Positions 48,400-55,877 of a stretch of 64,000 nucleotides of DNA are shown here, one piece after another. The notes under the pieces were generated by a model. The model saw nothing but the letters and a program-made list of their open reading frames with translations, did no database searches and was not told the DNA's origin. The position numbers were made by a program, and so were the translations under genes. This DNA is from a virus, in the IMG/VR virus record IMGVR_UViG_3300023179_000037, positions 47,976 through 111,975 of that record; one strand, given 5' to 3'. Positions within the stretch are counted from its first letter, which is position 1, and the number at the start of each line of letters is the position of its first letter.

Positions 48400-48796
48400 T
48401 TTAGCACATTTAGAAGTAGCTGAGGTTTATTCCAGATTATCTAAAGCTCGTCGATTAAAAGTAGGCGCGGTTATAGTTAAAGAAAATAGAGTTATAAGTA
48501 TTGGCTACAATGGAACTCCTGCTGGATGGGATAATAACTGTGAAAAAGAAGTTAATGGTGATCTTGAAACGAAAGCTGAGGTTATTCATGCGGAAGCTAA
48601 TGCCATCGCTAAACTTGCTAGATCAAATGAGGCAGGGCTTGATAGTACTATGTACATTACACATGCACCATGTTTTGAATGCGCTAAATTAATTTATACT
48701 GCTGGTATTAAACGAGTTTATTTTAGAAATCATTATAGAAGTAATGATGGCATAGATTTTTTAGAAAAAACGAAAATTGAGGTGATTAAATTATGA
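48380..48796 (+). CDS. dCMP deaminase
   Basis: SIGYNG, HAEANAI, PCFECAK. Confidence 0.92.
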   Translation: MTINKIDLAHLEVAEVYSRLSKARRLKVGAVIVKENRVISIGYNGTPAGWDNNCEKEVNGDLETKAEVIHAEANAIAKLARSNEAGLDSTMYITHAPCFECAKLIYTAGIKRVYFRNHYRSNDGIDFLEKTKIEVIKL

Positions 48797-49284
48797 AAAA
48801 AAGAATAGGATTTACAGCATCCACATTTGATTTATTTCATGCTGGACATATTGTAATGTTAGAAGAAGCAAAAAAACAATGCGATTGGTTAATAGCAGCA
48901 ATTCAAATCGATCCAACTATTGATCGGCCAGCTGTTAAAAATAAACCAGTGCAATCTATTATTGAAAGACAAATTCAAGTAAGCGCTTGCAAACATGTAG
49001 ATGAAGTGATTGTTTACAACGTTGAAAAAGAATTAGAAGATATTCTTTTAACTTTTCCGATTGACGTAAGAATAATCGGTGAGGAATATAAAGACAAAGA
49101 TTTTACCGGTAAAGATATTTGTGAAAGAAGAAAGATAGAAATTTATTTTAACAAGCGAGATCATTATTTTAGTTCTACTGATTTACGTACGAGAGTTTTT
49201 GATGCTGAGCTTAAAAGAAGAGGAAAAATATGGGAAAACACCAGCATTTTGAATGCGTCGAATGTGATGCAGTCTTCAAAATAA
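48793..49284 (+). CDS. Cytidylyltransferase (TagD/glycerol-3-phosphate cytidylyltransferase-like)
   Basis: FDLFHAGH, VDEV, R.H.FSST.LR. Confidence 0.85.
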   Translation: MKKRIGFTASTFDLFHAGHIVMLEEAKKQCDWLIAAIQIDPTIDRPAVKNKPVQSIIERQIQVSACKHVDEVIVYNVEKELEDILLTFPIDVRIIGEEYKDKDFTGKDICERRKIEIYFNKRDHYFSSTDLRTRVFDAELKRRGKIWENTSILNASNVMQSSK

Positions 49285-49391
49285 AATTTGATTTAGATGA
49301 AAATTATTATGTCGTGACACACTGTCCATTTTGTGGAGCTGAAATAGACGAAGATCAGCACGAAGATTTTGATAATGAAGATATTATTTAA
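49230..49391 (+). CDS. 53-aa Zn-ribbon protein with acidic tail (not in ORF track)
   Basis: GAGGA RBS; MGKHQHFECVECDAVF...HCPFCGAEIDEDQHEDFDNEDII. Confidence 0.75.
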   Translation: MGKHQHFECVECDAVFKIKFDLDENYYVVTHCPFCGAEIDEDQHEDFDNEDII

Positions 49392-49554
49392 TAAAATAAT
49401 TTTGTTTAAAAATATTTGGTCATATACTTTTTTTATCTTTGCAATTATAGAATACTTTTACTTTACAATGTCTATTTGTGGTTCCAATTTGATCACGGGA
49501 GAAATGTGGTTTATGTGGTTAGTAATGGGACTGAGTATGTATAAAATAAAATGA
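49375..49554 (+). CDS. Small membrane protein
   Basis: Two hydrophobic segments, EMWFMWLVMG. Confidence 0.5.
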   Translation: MKILFNKIILFKNIWSYTFFIFAIIEYFYFTMSICGSNLITGEMWFMWLVMGLSMYKIK

Positions 49555-49898
49555 AATTATGTCCTAAGTGCGGTGCGGAGCATTCCAAATCTGGTAAATT
49601 TTGTTCTAGAGCTTGTGCTAATTCTAGACAATGGACTGTTGAACAAAAAAAAGTATTCTCTGATAGACAAAGAGAATATATGGCTCGCGATGATTCAGAA
49701 GAACACAGAGCAAAAGAAGAATTACGTTTTAAGATTTTGCACAAAGCTGGAGTTCTTGGAGCACATAAATCCATATCTTTGGAACAACTAGATAAAGATG
49801 AAGTAATGACTAATCCAGATGATTACTTTTTCGTTGCTCCAAGAATAGAAATTGATGGCAAATACGTTGAAAATGGGGACTTGTGGGAGGAGATATAA
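49551..49898 (+). CDS. Zn-finger protein (CPKC...FCSRACAN)
   Basis: N-terminal Cys motif of the type attached to homing endonucleases; no nuclease domain evident. Confidence 0.6.
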   Translation: MKLCPKCGAEHSKSGKFCSRACANSRQWTVEQKKVFSDRQREYMARDDSEEHRAKEELRFKILHKAGVLGAHKSISLEQLDKDEVMTNPDDYFFVAPRIEIDGKYVENGDLWEEI

Positions 49899-49924
49899 AT
49901 ACTGATTTAATTTGGTATTTATAT
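49893..49924 (+). promoter_or_regulatory. Late promoter TATAAATA embedded in a hairpin that occludes the downstream start codon
   Basis: ATATAAATAC (49893-49902) is complementary to GTATTTATAT (49915-49924); ATG at 49923. Confidence 0.75.
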
Positions 49925-50321
49925 GTGGATGTATCAGAATAAACCGCTAGAAGAAATTCCAGAAAATGCATATGGTTTTGTTTATTTGATCACTAATAAC
50001 GACAATGGCAAAAAATACATAGGCAAAAAGTTATTTTGGTTTAGAAAAACTAAAATATTAAAGGGTAAAAAGAAAAGATACAAAATTGAATCTGATTGGA
50101 AAACTTACTGGTCCTCATCCGAAGAGGTTAAGTCCCTTGTTCAAAACTTAGGAGAGCAATTATTTACCAGAGAAATACTTCACATTTGCGAGAGTAAGGG
50201 AATGTGTAATTATTTAGAAGCAAGGGAACAAATGGACAGAAGAGTTTTAGAATCAAATGATTACTACAATGGCACCATACAGTGCAGAATACATAAAACT
50301 CACGTAAAGTTAAAAGATTAA
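49923..50321 (+). CDS. GIY-YIG endonuclease (Seg/endonuclease II-like)
   Basis: YGFVYLITN....KKYIGKK, REIL, YYN. Confidence 0.85.
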   Translation: MWMYQNKPLEEIPENAYGFVYLITNNDNGKKYIGKKLFWFRKTKILKGKKKRYKIESDWKTYWSSSEEVKSLVQNLGEQLFTREILHICESKGMCNYLEAREQMDRRVLESNDYYNGTIQCRIHKTHVKLKD

Positions 50322-50322
50322 T

Positions 50323-50356
50323 CTTAATCATAATTTAATCTTGCGCAGACTATAAA
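50323..50356 (+). promoter_or_regulatory. Putative OmpR/PhoB-family operator (11-bp periodic YTTAAT repeats) with -10 element
   Basis: CTTAATCA-TAA-TTTAATCT, then TATAAA at 50351. Confidence 0.45.
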
Positions 50357-50393
50357 AATAATTAAATATTAATGTAGGTAAATTTTTTACTAT

Positions 50394-50499
50394 CAGGCAA
50401 ATTTGACATTTTGATGACAAGACATTTTTTTTACGTTAGAAAATGCAGATAGGTTCAGTTACTAACTGAATTTCGTAAATCAAGATGCAAAGATGCCTG
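50394..50499 (+). ncRNA. Structured 5' leader RNA (three-way junction), riboswitch candidate
   Basis: CAGGCA/TGCCTG, TTTG/CAAA, CATTTTGAT/ATCAAGATG, CATTTT/AAAATG and AGGTTCAGTT/AACTGAATTT pairings. Confidence 0.55.
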
Positions 50500-50532
50500 C
50501 CCTTATTTTCATTTTACGTTTAGGAGATATAT

Positions 50533-51177
50533 ATGCGACTTCAAGAATTGGCAGCAAGATTAGTTGTAGTAGAAACAAAATTAGCAACTCTTACAGGGGT
50601 ACAACCCAATACATCAAGTCCAGTAAGTGTTGAGGAGCTGGATTCGAGATTATCAGTTGTAGAAGTACAAGTAGATCGTTTATTGGCAGAAAAAGCTGAG
50701 AAACAAGTTGCAGATATCGTAGCTGCTTCTCCTGATAAAGCACCAGTATCAGTTGCGGATATTGTTGCATTATCTGCTAGCTCAAATGTTCCTCAGGCTG
50801 CAGATATTGTTGCAGATGTTTTAGCTGTTCAAATGGAAGCACCCGCAATTCAAGATCCAGAAGTTGCAGCTATTGTAACTGCAGCTATTAAGGCAGTTAT
50901 AAGCGCTGATCCTGAAGTTGTTGCAGATCCTGCAGCTATCAAAGCAGTTATTACTGAAACTGTTGCACATATGCCTGCTCCTGCATCTGATGTTGAAGAT
51001 CAGGTTACTGCAGCAATTGCAGAAGTTTTAGCAGCAGCAACTGGTCAAGAAGTAACTAAAGATGAACACGAAGAAATACGAGATGCAGTGATAACACCAT
51101 CCGATACTGCGCTAGATGCAATTGAAGCAAGATTAACTGTTGCCGAAGCAAAGGTTGAAAGCCTGTTGGGAAAGTAA
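50533..51177 (+). CDS. Acidic Ala/Val-rich protein with three RLxxxE coiled-coil segments
   Basis: Strong AGGAG RBS; ARLVVVE, SRLSVVE, ARLTVAE. Confidence 0.75.
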   Translation: MRLQELAARLVVVETKLATLTGVQPNTSSPVSVEELDSRLSVVEVQVDRLLAEKAEKQVADIVAASPDKAPVSVADIVALSASSNVPQAADIVADVLAVQMEAPAIQDPEVAAIVTAAIKAVISADPEVVADPAAIKAVITETVAHMPAPASDVEDQVTAAIAEVLAAATGQEVTKDEHEEIRDAVITPSDTALDAIEARLTVAEAKVESLLGK

Positions 51178-51236
51178 TTAGTAAAATTAAAAGATGGTTC
51201 TATAGTATTATAGGATACTAAAAGATATCAATAATC

Positions 51237-51986
51237 ATGCACTACCGATCCATCTTCATATCTGATGTACATTTAGGTAGTAAAGGTTGTAAGGCGGAAT
51301 TATTAGTAAATTTTCTTAAAAATAATTCCGCTGATAAGTTATATCTTATAGGTGACATAGTTGATGGTTGGAAAATTCAACAAAATAAATGGGCTTGGAA
51401 ACAAGCCCATTCCAATGTAGTTCGTCGAGTCTTAGGACACGCAAAACAAGGAACTGAAGTATTTTATGTAGCCGGAAATCATGATGAATTTCTTAGACCT
51501 CTAATACCTTATGGTATATCGTTTGGTAGAATACATATAATTAATCAAATGTCTCACATCGGTATCGATGGAAAAAGATATTTGGTATTACATGGTGATC
51601 TATTTGATGGTATCTCAAGACTTGCTCCCTGGATAAGTTTTTTAGGAGATAAGGCATATGATTTACTACTCATCTTCAATACTTCATTCAATCGTTGGAG
51701 GCATAGATTCGGATTCGGTTATTGGTCTCTTTCTCAATTTCTTAAACAACGTGTCAAGCGGGCTGTGGACTTTATTTTTCATTTCGAGCGCAATCTCATT
51801 GACTATGGCCGTAAGCGTGGGTTTGACGGAGTCATTTGTGGACACATCCACAAACCAGAAATCAAAACCATAGATGGATTTGTATATATGAATGATGGTG
51901 ACTGGGTAGAATCATGTAGTGCTTTAGTTGAACATCCTAATGGTCGTTGGGAAATAATTTATTGGACCAAAGAAATTCCGGAATAA
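51237..51986 (+). CDS. Metallophosphoesterase, PlcP/LpxH-like
   Basis: FISDVHLG, GDIVDGW, GNHD, HGD.FD, CGHIH, N.GDWVESCSALVE. Confidence 0.85.
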   Translation: MHYRSIFISDVHLGSKGCKAELLVNFLKNNSADKLYLIGDIVDGWKIQQNKWAWKQAHSNVVRRVLGHAKQGTEVFYVAGNHDEFLRPLIPYGISFGRIHIINQMSHIGIDGKRYLVLHGDLFDGISRLAPWISFLGDKAYDLLLIFNTSFNRWRHRFGFGYWSLSQFLKQRVKRAVDFIFHFERNLIDYGRKRGFDGVICGHIHKPEIKTIDGFVYMNDGDWVESCSALVEHPNGRWEIIYWTKEIPE

Positions 51987-52001
51987 TTTATAGGAGATTT
52001 T

Positions 52002-52145
52002 ATGTTTTTTCTTAATTTTTACAATCCATATTATTGGTACAATGTATTAAATCTATCAACAATGCAAAACACTGAAGAAGGTTTATCAAATAATGTAGAA
52101 GAAGATCCTCAGGATTTTGACATAGAAGTAGAGTATACAGAATGA
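52002..52145 (+). CDS. 47-aa peptide with aromatic N-terminus and acidic C-terminus (not in ORF track)
   Basis: AGGAG RBS at 51992; MFFLNFYNPYYWYNVLNLSTMQNTEEGLSNNVEEDPQDFDIEVEYTE; ATGA overlap with ATP-grasp gene. Confidence 0.7.
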   Translation: MFFLNFYNPYYWYNVLNLSTMQNTEEGLSNNVEEDPQDFDIEVEYTE

Positions 52146-53053
52146 AAAATGTATGGGTCTTTCATTATGATTCCTTATCTGTTGAAAAAGATACTGAGAC
52201 CCGTAGTTTGGTTGAACGATTTAAAAAGCACGGTATAGACTGCAAAGTGTATCAACCAAAGAATTTTGATATTATTACAAGTCGTAAAAGTCATAAGAGT
52301 ATTCGCTATCAAGGTAGTCGTATTGAACTACCAGATGCTGTACTTGTAAGAACTGGTGCAGGAACAAACTATTTTACGCTGGCACTGCTTAGACAATTAG
52401 AAAACTTTGATATACCAATTATCAATAACAGTCAAAGTATAATGCATAGTAGAGACAAAATGATCAGTAGTCAAATATTGGCCCGCGCCAAGTTGCCTAC
52501 ACCAAGAACCATGTTGGTCAGTCATCCTATTAATATTGACATAGTAGAACAGGAGATTGGTTTTCCCTGTGTAGTAAAACTGGTAACAGGTAGTCAAGGG
52601 AGGGGTGTTTATCTCTGCAGAGATAAAGATATGTTTGTTAATTTAATGGATCTAACAGACAATCTTAAGAGTAAAAAAACTCTAATCATACAAGAGTTTA
52701 TTAACAGCGGAGAATTATTTGATCTTAGAGTTTGGGTCATTGGGGGCAAGACTATAACTGCTATGAAGCGTACACCACCTAAAGATGATTTTAAAGCCAA
52801 TATTACTAGGGGAGGTATAGGTGAACCTTTTGATTTAAATGAGGAAATTAGTGATCTAGCCAGTAAGACTGCTAGGGCATTTGATCTTGAAATAACTGGA
52901 GTAGATTTACTATTTAATGGTGAAAAATATCTAGTATGTGAAGCCAACAGCAGTCCTGGTTTTGAGGGCATAGATAGGTACTGCGGCACCAATATGGCCG
53001 AACAAATAGTTAATTATATAAGGAATAGAAATGATTTTCGATTTAGTAAGTGA
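52142..53053 (+). CDS. RimK/LysX-family ATP-grasp ligase
   Basis: RDK, P.P.T, VVK...GSQGRGV, IQEFI, DLRV, FKAN...GG, GVDLL, EANSSPG. Confidence 0.9.
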   Translation: MKNVWVFHYDSLSVEKDTETRSLVERFKKHGIDCKVYQPKNFDIITSRKSHKSIRYQGSRIELPDAVLVRTGAGTNYFTLALLRQLENFDIPIINNSQSIMHSRDKMISSQILARAKLPTPRTMLVSHPINIDIVEQEIGFPCVVKLVTGSQGRGVYLCRDKDMFVNLMDLTDNLKSKKTLIIQEFINSGELFDLRVWVIGGKTITAMKRTPPKDDFKANITRGGIGEPFDLNEEISDLASKTARAFDLEITGVDLLFNGEKYLVCEANSSPGFEGIDRYCGTNMAEQIVNYIRNRNDFRFSK

Positions 53054-53813
53054 TTTGCACATTGATCACTGGGGTCGTAGTTTTGAAACTGATTGGCTAT
53101 GCGATCAAAAAAGTGATATTCTAGTTGTTGCAGGAGATACTAGTGATAGTGTAGATATAACATGTGAATATTTACACAAGCTTACTAATTATTATACAGA
53201 TGTTTTAGTTGTTGATGGTAATCATGAACATCAAAATAATATGGAAAATTTAGAAGAATCAATACAATACTGGAAATCCTGCGTATCCCAAACATTGGCA
53301 ACTTATCTGGGAGATAAACAACCCACAATAAATGGTGTTAAATTTATTGGAATCTGTGGATGGTGGAGTTTTGATTTTGGCTTACCCAATATTAGCTCAG
53401 AACAAACTATATCTACATGTAAAGATCGTTATGGACTTACTGATATTGCAATTCAAAATCAAATGAATCAAAGTCTTCTAGATGCAAATCATATTACAAA
53501 TTTAATGGTGGAAGCAACACTTAATTCCGAAGTAAATGATATTGTAGTTGTTACTCATAGTTTGCCTCACTCCAGTTGTATTAGTTGGAATAGATACCCT
53601 CCAGATTACAATGTAGTGGGTTGCTATGGAAATACTAGACTGCAATGGGTATTAGACGCTGATATTAATAAAAAATGTCGCTATTGGGTTTTTGGACATA
53701 ATCATGATAGAAAAAATGTACCATATAAGTCTCTACGTTTCATCAGTAATCCTCGAGGCCGTCGTGAAGATTGGAACAGAATAGATTATCAAGCTCATAC
53801 GATAGAAATTTAA
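53031..53813 (+). CDS. Calcineurin-like metallophosphoesterase
   Basis: SDLH, AGD, GNHE, VTH..P, FGHNH, NPRG. Confidence 0.85.
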   Translation: MIFDLVSDLHIDHWGRSFETDWLCDQKSDILVVAGDTSDSVDITCEYLHKLTNYYTDVLVVDGNHEHQNNMENLEESIQYWKSCVSQTLATYLGDKQPTINGVKFIGICGWWSFDFGLPNISSEQTISTCKDRYGLTDIAIQNQMNQSLLDANHITNLMVEATLNSEVNDIVVVTHSLPHSSCISWNRYPPDYNVVGCYGNTRLQWVLDADINKKCRYWVFGHNHDRKNVPYKSLRFISNPRGRREDWNRIDYQAHTIEI

Positions 53814-53820
53814 ATAAAAA

Positions 53821-54402
53821 ATGAATTTTATCACAGATTGTGATATTATAAATTCTATAGATATAAATGATCTTTGGGTAATTGACAAATTTATATTGTC
53901 TAAGAAATTGGGATACTTATGTGGGCCGGCAGGGGTCCTTCCACCAAATGAAGGAAAATATATTGTTCGTCCTTGCATAAATATAAGAATGCTATCTAAA
54001 GGTGCTAAATTCATGTGGTTAAATACCATAGATGATATAATACCCGACGGATTCTTTTGGTGTGAAGTATTTGAAGGTCGTCATAGAACTTTTGACTACA
54101 ATTGGGGCAAACAAATACTAGCTGTTGAAGGTTTTAGAGACGATCCCGACCGATTAGACAGATTTAGCAGATGGACCAAAATAGATGATGAATATATACT
54201 ACCAGATTTTATTCAAGAAATAGCTTCTAGATATGAATGGTTTAATATTGAAACCATTGGTAATAAAATTATAGAAGCGCACTTTAGATATAATGATGAT
54301 TTTGCTAATCACAATGCCAAAACAATTATTCCTATTTGGAAAGAATATTTTTATGAAAGTCAAGAGGGCGATAGACTAGGATTTTTATTAAGATATGACT
54401 AA
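53821..54402 (+). CDS. Compact ATP-grasp-like protein (T4-like phage family)
   Basis: DK..LS..LGY.CGPAG...YIVRP..N...FWCE.FEG.H...N.E.IG..IIE.H.R. Confidence 0.55.
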   Translation: MNFITDCDIINSIDINDLWVIDKFILSKKLGYLCGPAGVLPPNEGKYIVRPCINIRMLSKGAKFMWLNTIDDIIPDGFFWCEVFEGRHRTFDYNWGKQILAVEGFRDDPDRLDRFSRWTKIDDEYILPDFIQEIASRYEWFNIETIGNKIIEAHFRYNDDFANHNAKTIIPIWKEYFYESQEGDRLGFLLRYD

Positions 54403-55405
54403 AAAGATACTAGTAATAACTGATAACTTAACAGATCAGATTAATGGTGTGGTTACAACCTATAAAAATCTTGAGGCGTTTGCGATTCGTGATGATTATA
54501 ACATTGTTTATATTACTCCCAATGAGTTCCGCCACTTTGATTGCCCTGTGTATAACGAAGTCAAGATTGCCTATCCGAGGTCGATGGGCACGAAGATTAA
54601 GAAGATCAATCCGAATTATATCCATATCGCAACAGAGGGTCCTGTGGGTTTGTGGGCTCGAGCATATCTTACAAAACGTGGTTATAGTTACAATACTGCT
54701 TATCATACTAAATTCCCTGAAGGATTACATACCTTGGTTGGAATACCTGAAACCATAACTTGGAAGTATATTAAATGGTTTCACAAACATACAGGCAAAG
54801 TATTAACAACTACAGATGCAATGGTAAATCTACTAAAGGAAAAAGGTTTGAGAGCAGAAATTATTCCTTGGACACGAGGAGTTGACAGATCTATTTTTAA
54901 TGATTCGCTGAGAAATAAATCTAATAAAGTCGTCAAGTTGGTTTGTGTTAGTAGAATTAGTAAAGAAAAAAATCTAGATGATTTCTGTAGTTTAGTTTAT
55001 CCAAACGCTGAGAAAATACTCGTGGGCGATGGCCCATACCGAGAAGAATTAGAAAACAAATATTCTGATGTAAAATTTGTTGGATTTAAAACGGGAACAG
55101 ATTTAGCTTACTATTTTGCCAATGCTGATGTATTTGTTTTTCCATCACGTTGGGAAACTTTCGGAATCGTAATGATAGAAGCCATGGCATGTGGTACTCC
55201 AGTTGCAGCTTATCCGTGTCAAGGGCCCTTGGAAGTAGTTGATCACGGAAGTACTGGATTTCTTAGTAACGATTTAAATTTAGCAATCACTGAGTGTTTA
55301 TCATTAGATAGAAATGAAGTGATATGTAAAAGTAATAAGTGGTCTTGGGAATCTGCTTGGAATATTTTTAAAGATAACTTAACGCCATTAGATAAAAAAC
55401 ACTGA
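54395..55405 (+). CDS. GT4 glycosyltransferase, Agt/glycolipid synthase-like
   Basis: ITD....QINGVVTT, HIATEGP.G, YHTKFPE, W.RGVD, R.SKEKN, ETFG.V..EAMACGTPV. Confidence 0.85.
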   Translation: MTKKILVITDNLTDQINGVVTTYKNLEAFAIRDDYNIVYITPNEFRHFDCPVYNEVKIAYPRSMGTKIKKINPNYIHIATEGPVGLWARAYLTKRGYSYNTAYHTKFPEGLHTLVGIPETITWKYIKWFHKHTGKVLTTTDAMVNLLKEKGLRAEIIPWTRGVDRSIFNDSLRNKSNKVVKLVCVSRISKEKNLDDFCSLVYPNAEKILVGDGPYREELENKYSDVKFVGFKTGTDLAYYFANADVFVFPSRWETFGIVMIEAMACGTPVAAYPCQGPLEVVDHGSTGFLSNDLNLAITECLSLDRNEVICKSNKWSWESAWNIFKDNLTPLDKKH

Positions 55406-55458
55406 GATATCAAAATACACAATACAATGTTATTGTATAAGTTTTAGTATCCGAGCAT

Positions 55459-55487
55459 TTGACTCGGATAACTTTTGGTTATATAAT
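55459..55487 (+). promoter_or_regulatory. Early sigma70 promoter with overlapping inverted repeat
   Basis: TTGACT-N17-TATAAT; TATCCGAG/CTCGGATA. Confidence 0.8.
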
Positions 55488-55492
55488 ATGGT

Positions 55493-55798
55493 ATGATGAG
55501 AAAAAAGCGATCTGACAGACGTCACATTGTATACATGCTACAGAACACCGTAACAGGCGAGTTCTACATTGGTGTTACTCAGGGATTTAGACAAAAGGAT
55601 CTTCGTGTACGAGTGCTAAAGCACTTTCAGAGGGCCCTAGCAGAGTCTAAAGACTGGGCATTGTGCAAGAATATTCGCACATACGGCCCTGAGAGCTTCT
55701 TCTGGACCATCTTAGAAGTCGTGAAGGGCAAAGTGCCAGCGCATGACTTCGAGCGTCTGCTGACCAAGATGTACAAGCCAGAGTTGAACACCCAGTAA
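55493..55798 (+). CDS. Small GIY-YIG family protein
   Basis: HIVY.L......FYIGVT...R...H...E...LN. Confidence 0.75.
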   Translation: MMRKKRSDRRHIVYMLQNTVTGEFYIGVTQGFRQKDLRVRVLKHFQRALAESKDWALCKNIRTYGPESFFWTILEVVKGKVPAHDFERLLTKMYKPELNTQ

Positions 55799-55819
55799 CC
55801 CTTCAGAGTGCTCGGGCTC

Positions 55820-55848
55820 TTGACATGGATTACTTTTGGTTTTATAAT
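55820..55848 (+). promoter_or_regulatory. Early sigma70 promoter
   Basis: TAACCCTTCAGA upstream; TTGACA-N17-TATAAT; GGTATAGTG downstream. Confidence 0.9.
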
Positions 55849-55877
55849 ATGGGTATAGTGAAATTTAGGAGATGCAA

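Noticed and set aside
49230-49391. LysW-like carrier for the RimK/LysX ligase
   Set aside because: Size, Zn ribbon and acidic tail fit, but it ends in II rather than the required C-terminal Glu (EDWGE) and lies outside the island
50394-50499. c-di-GMP-I riboswitch or hammerhead ribozyme
   Set aside because: GGCAAA...GAUGCAAAG and UGAUGA fragments occur, but the GNRA/receptor P2-P3 layout and the hammerhead GAAA core are not correctly placed
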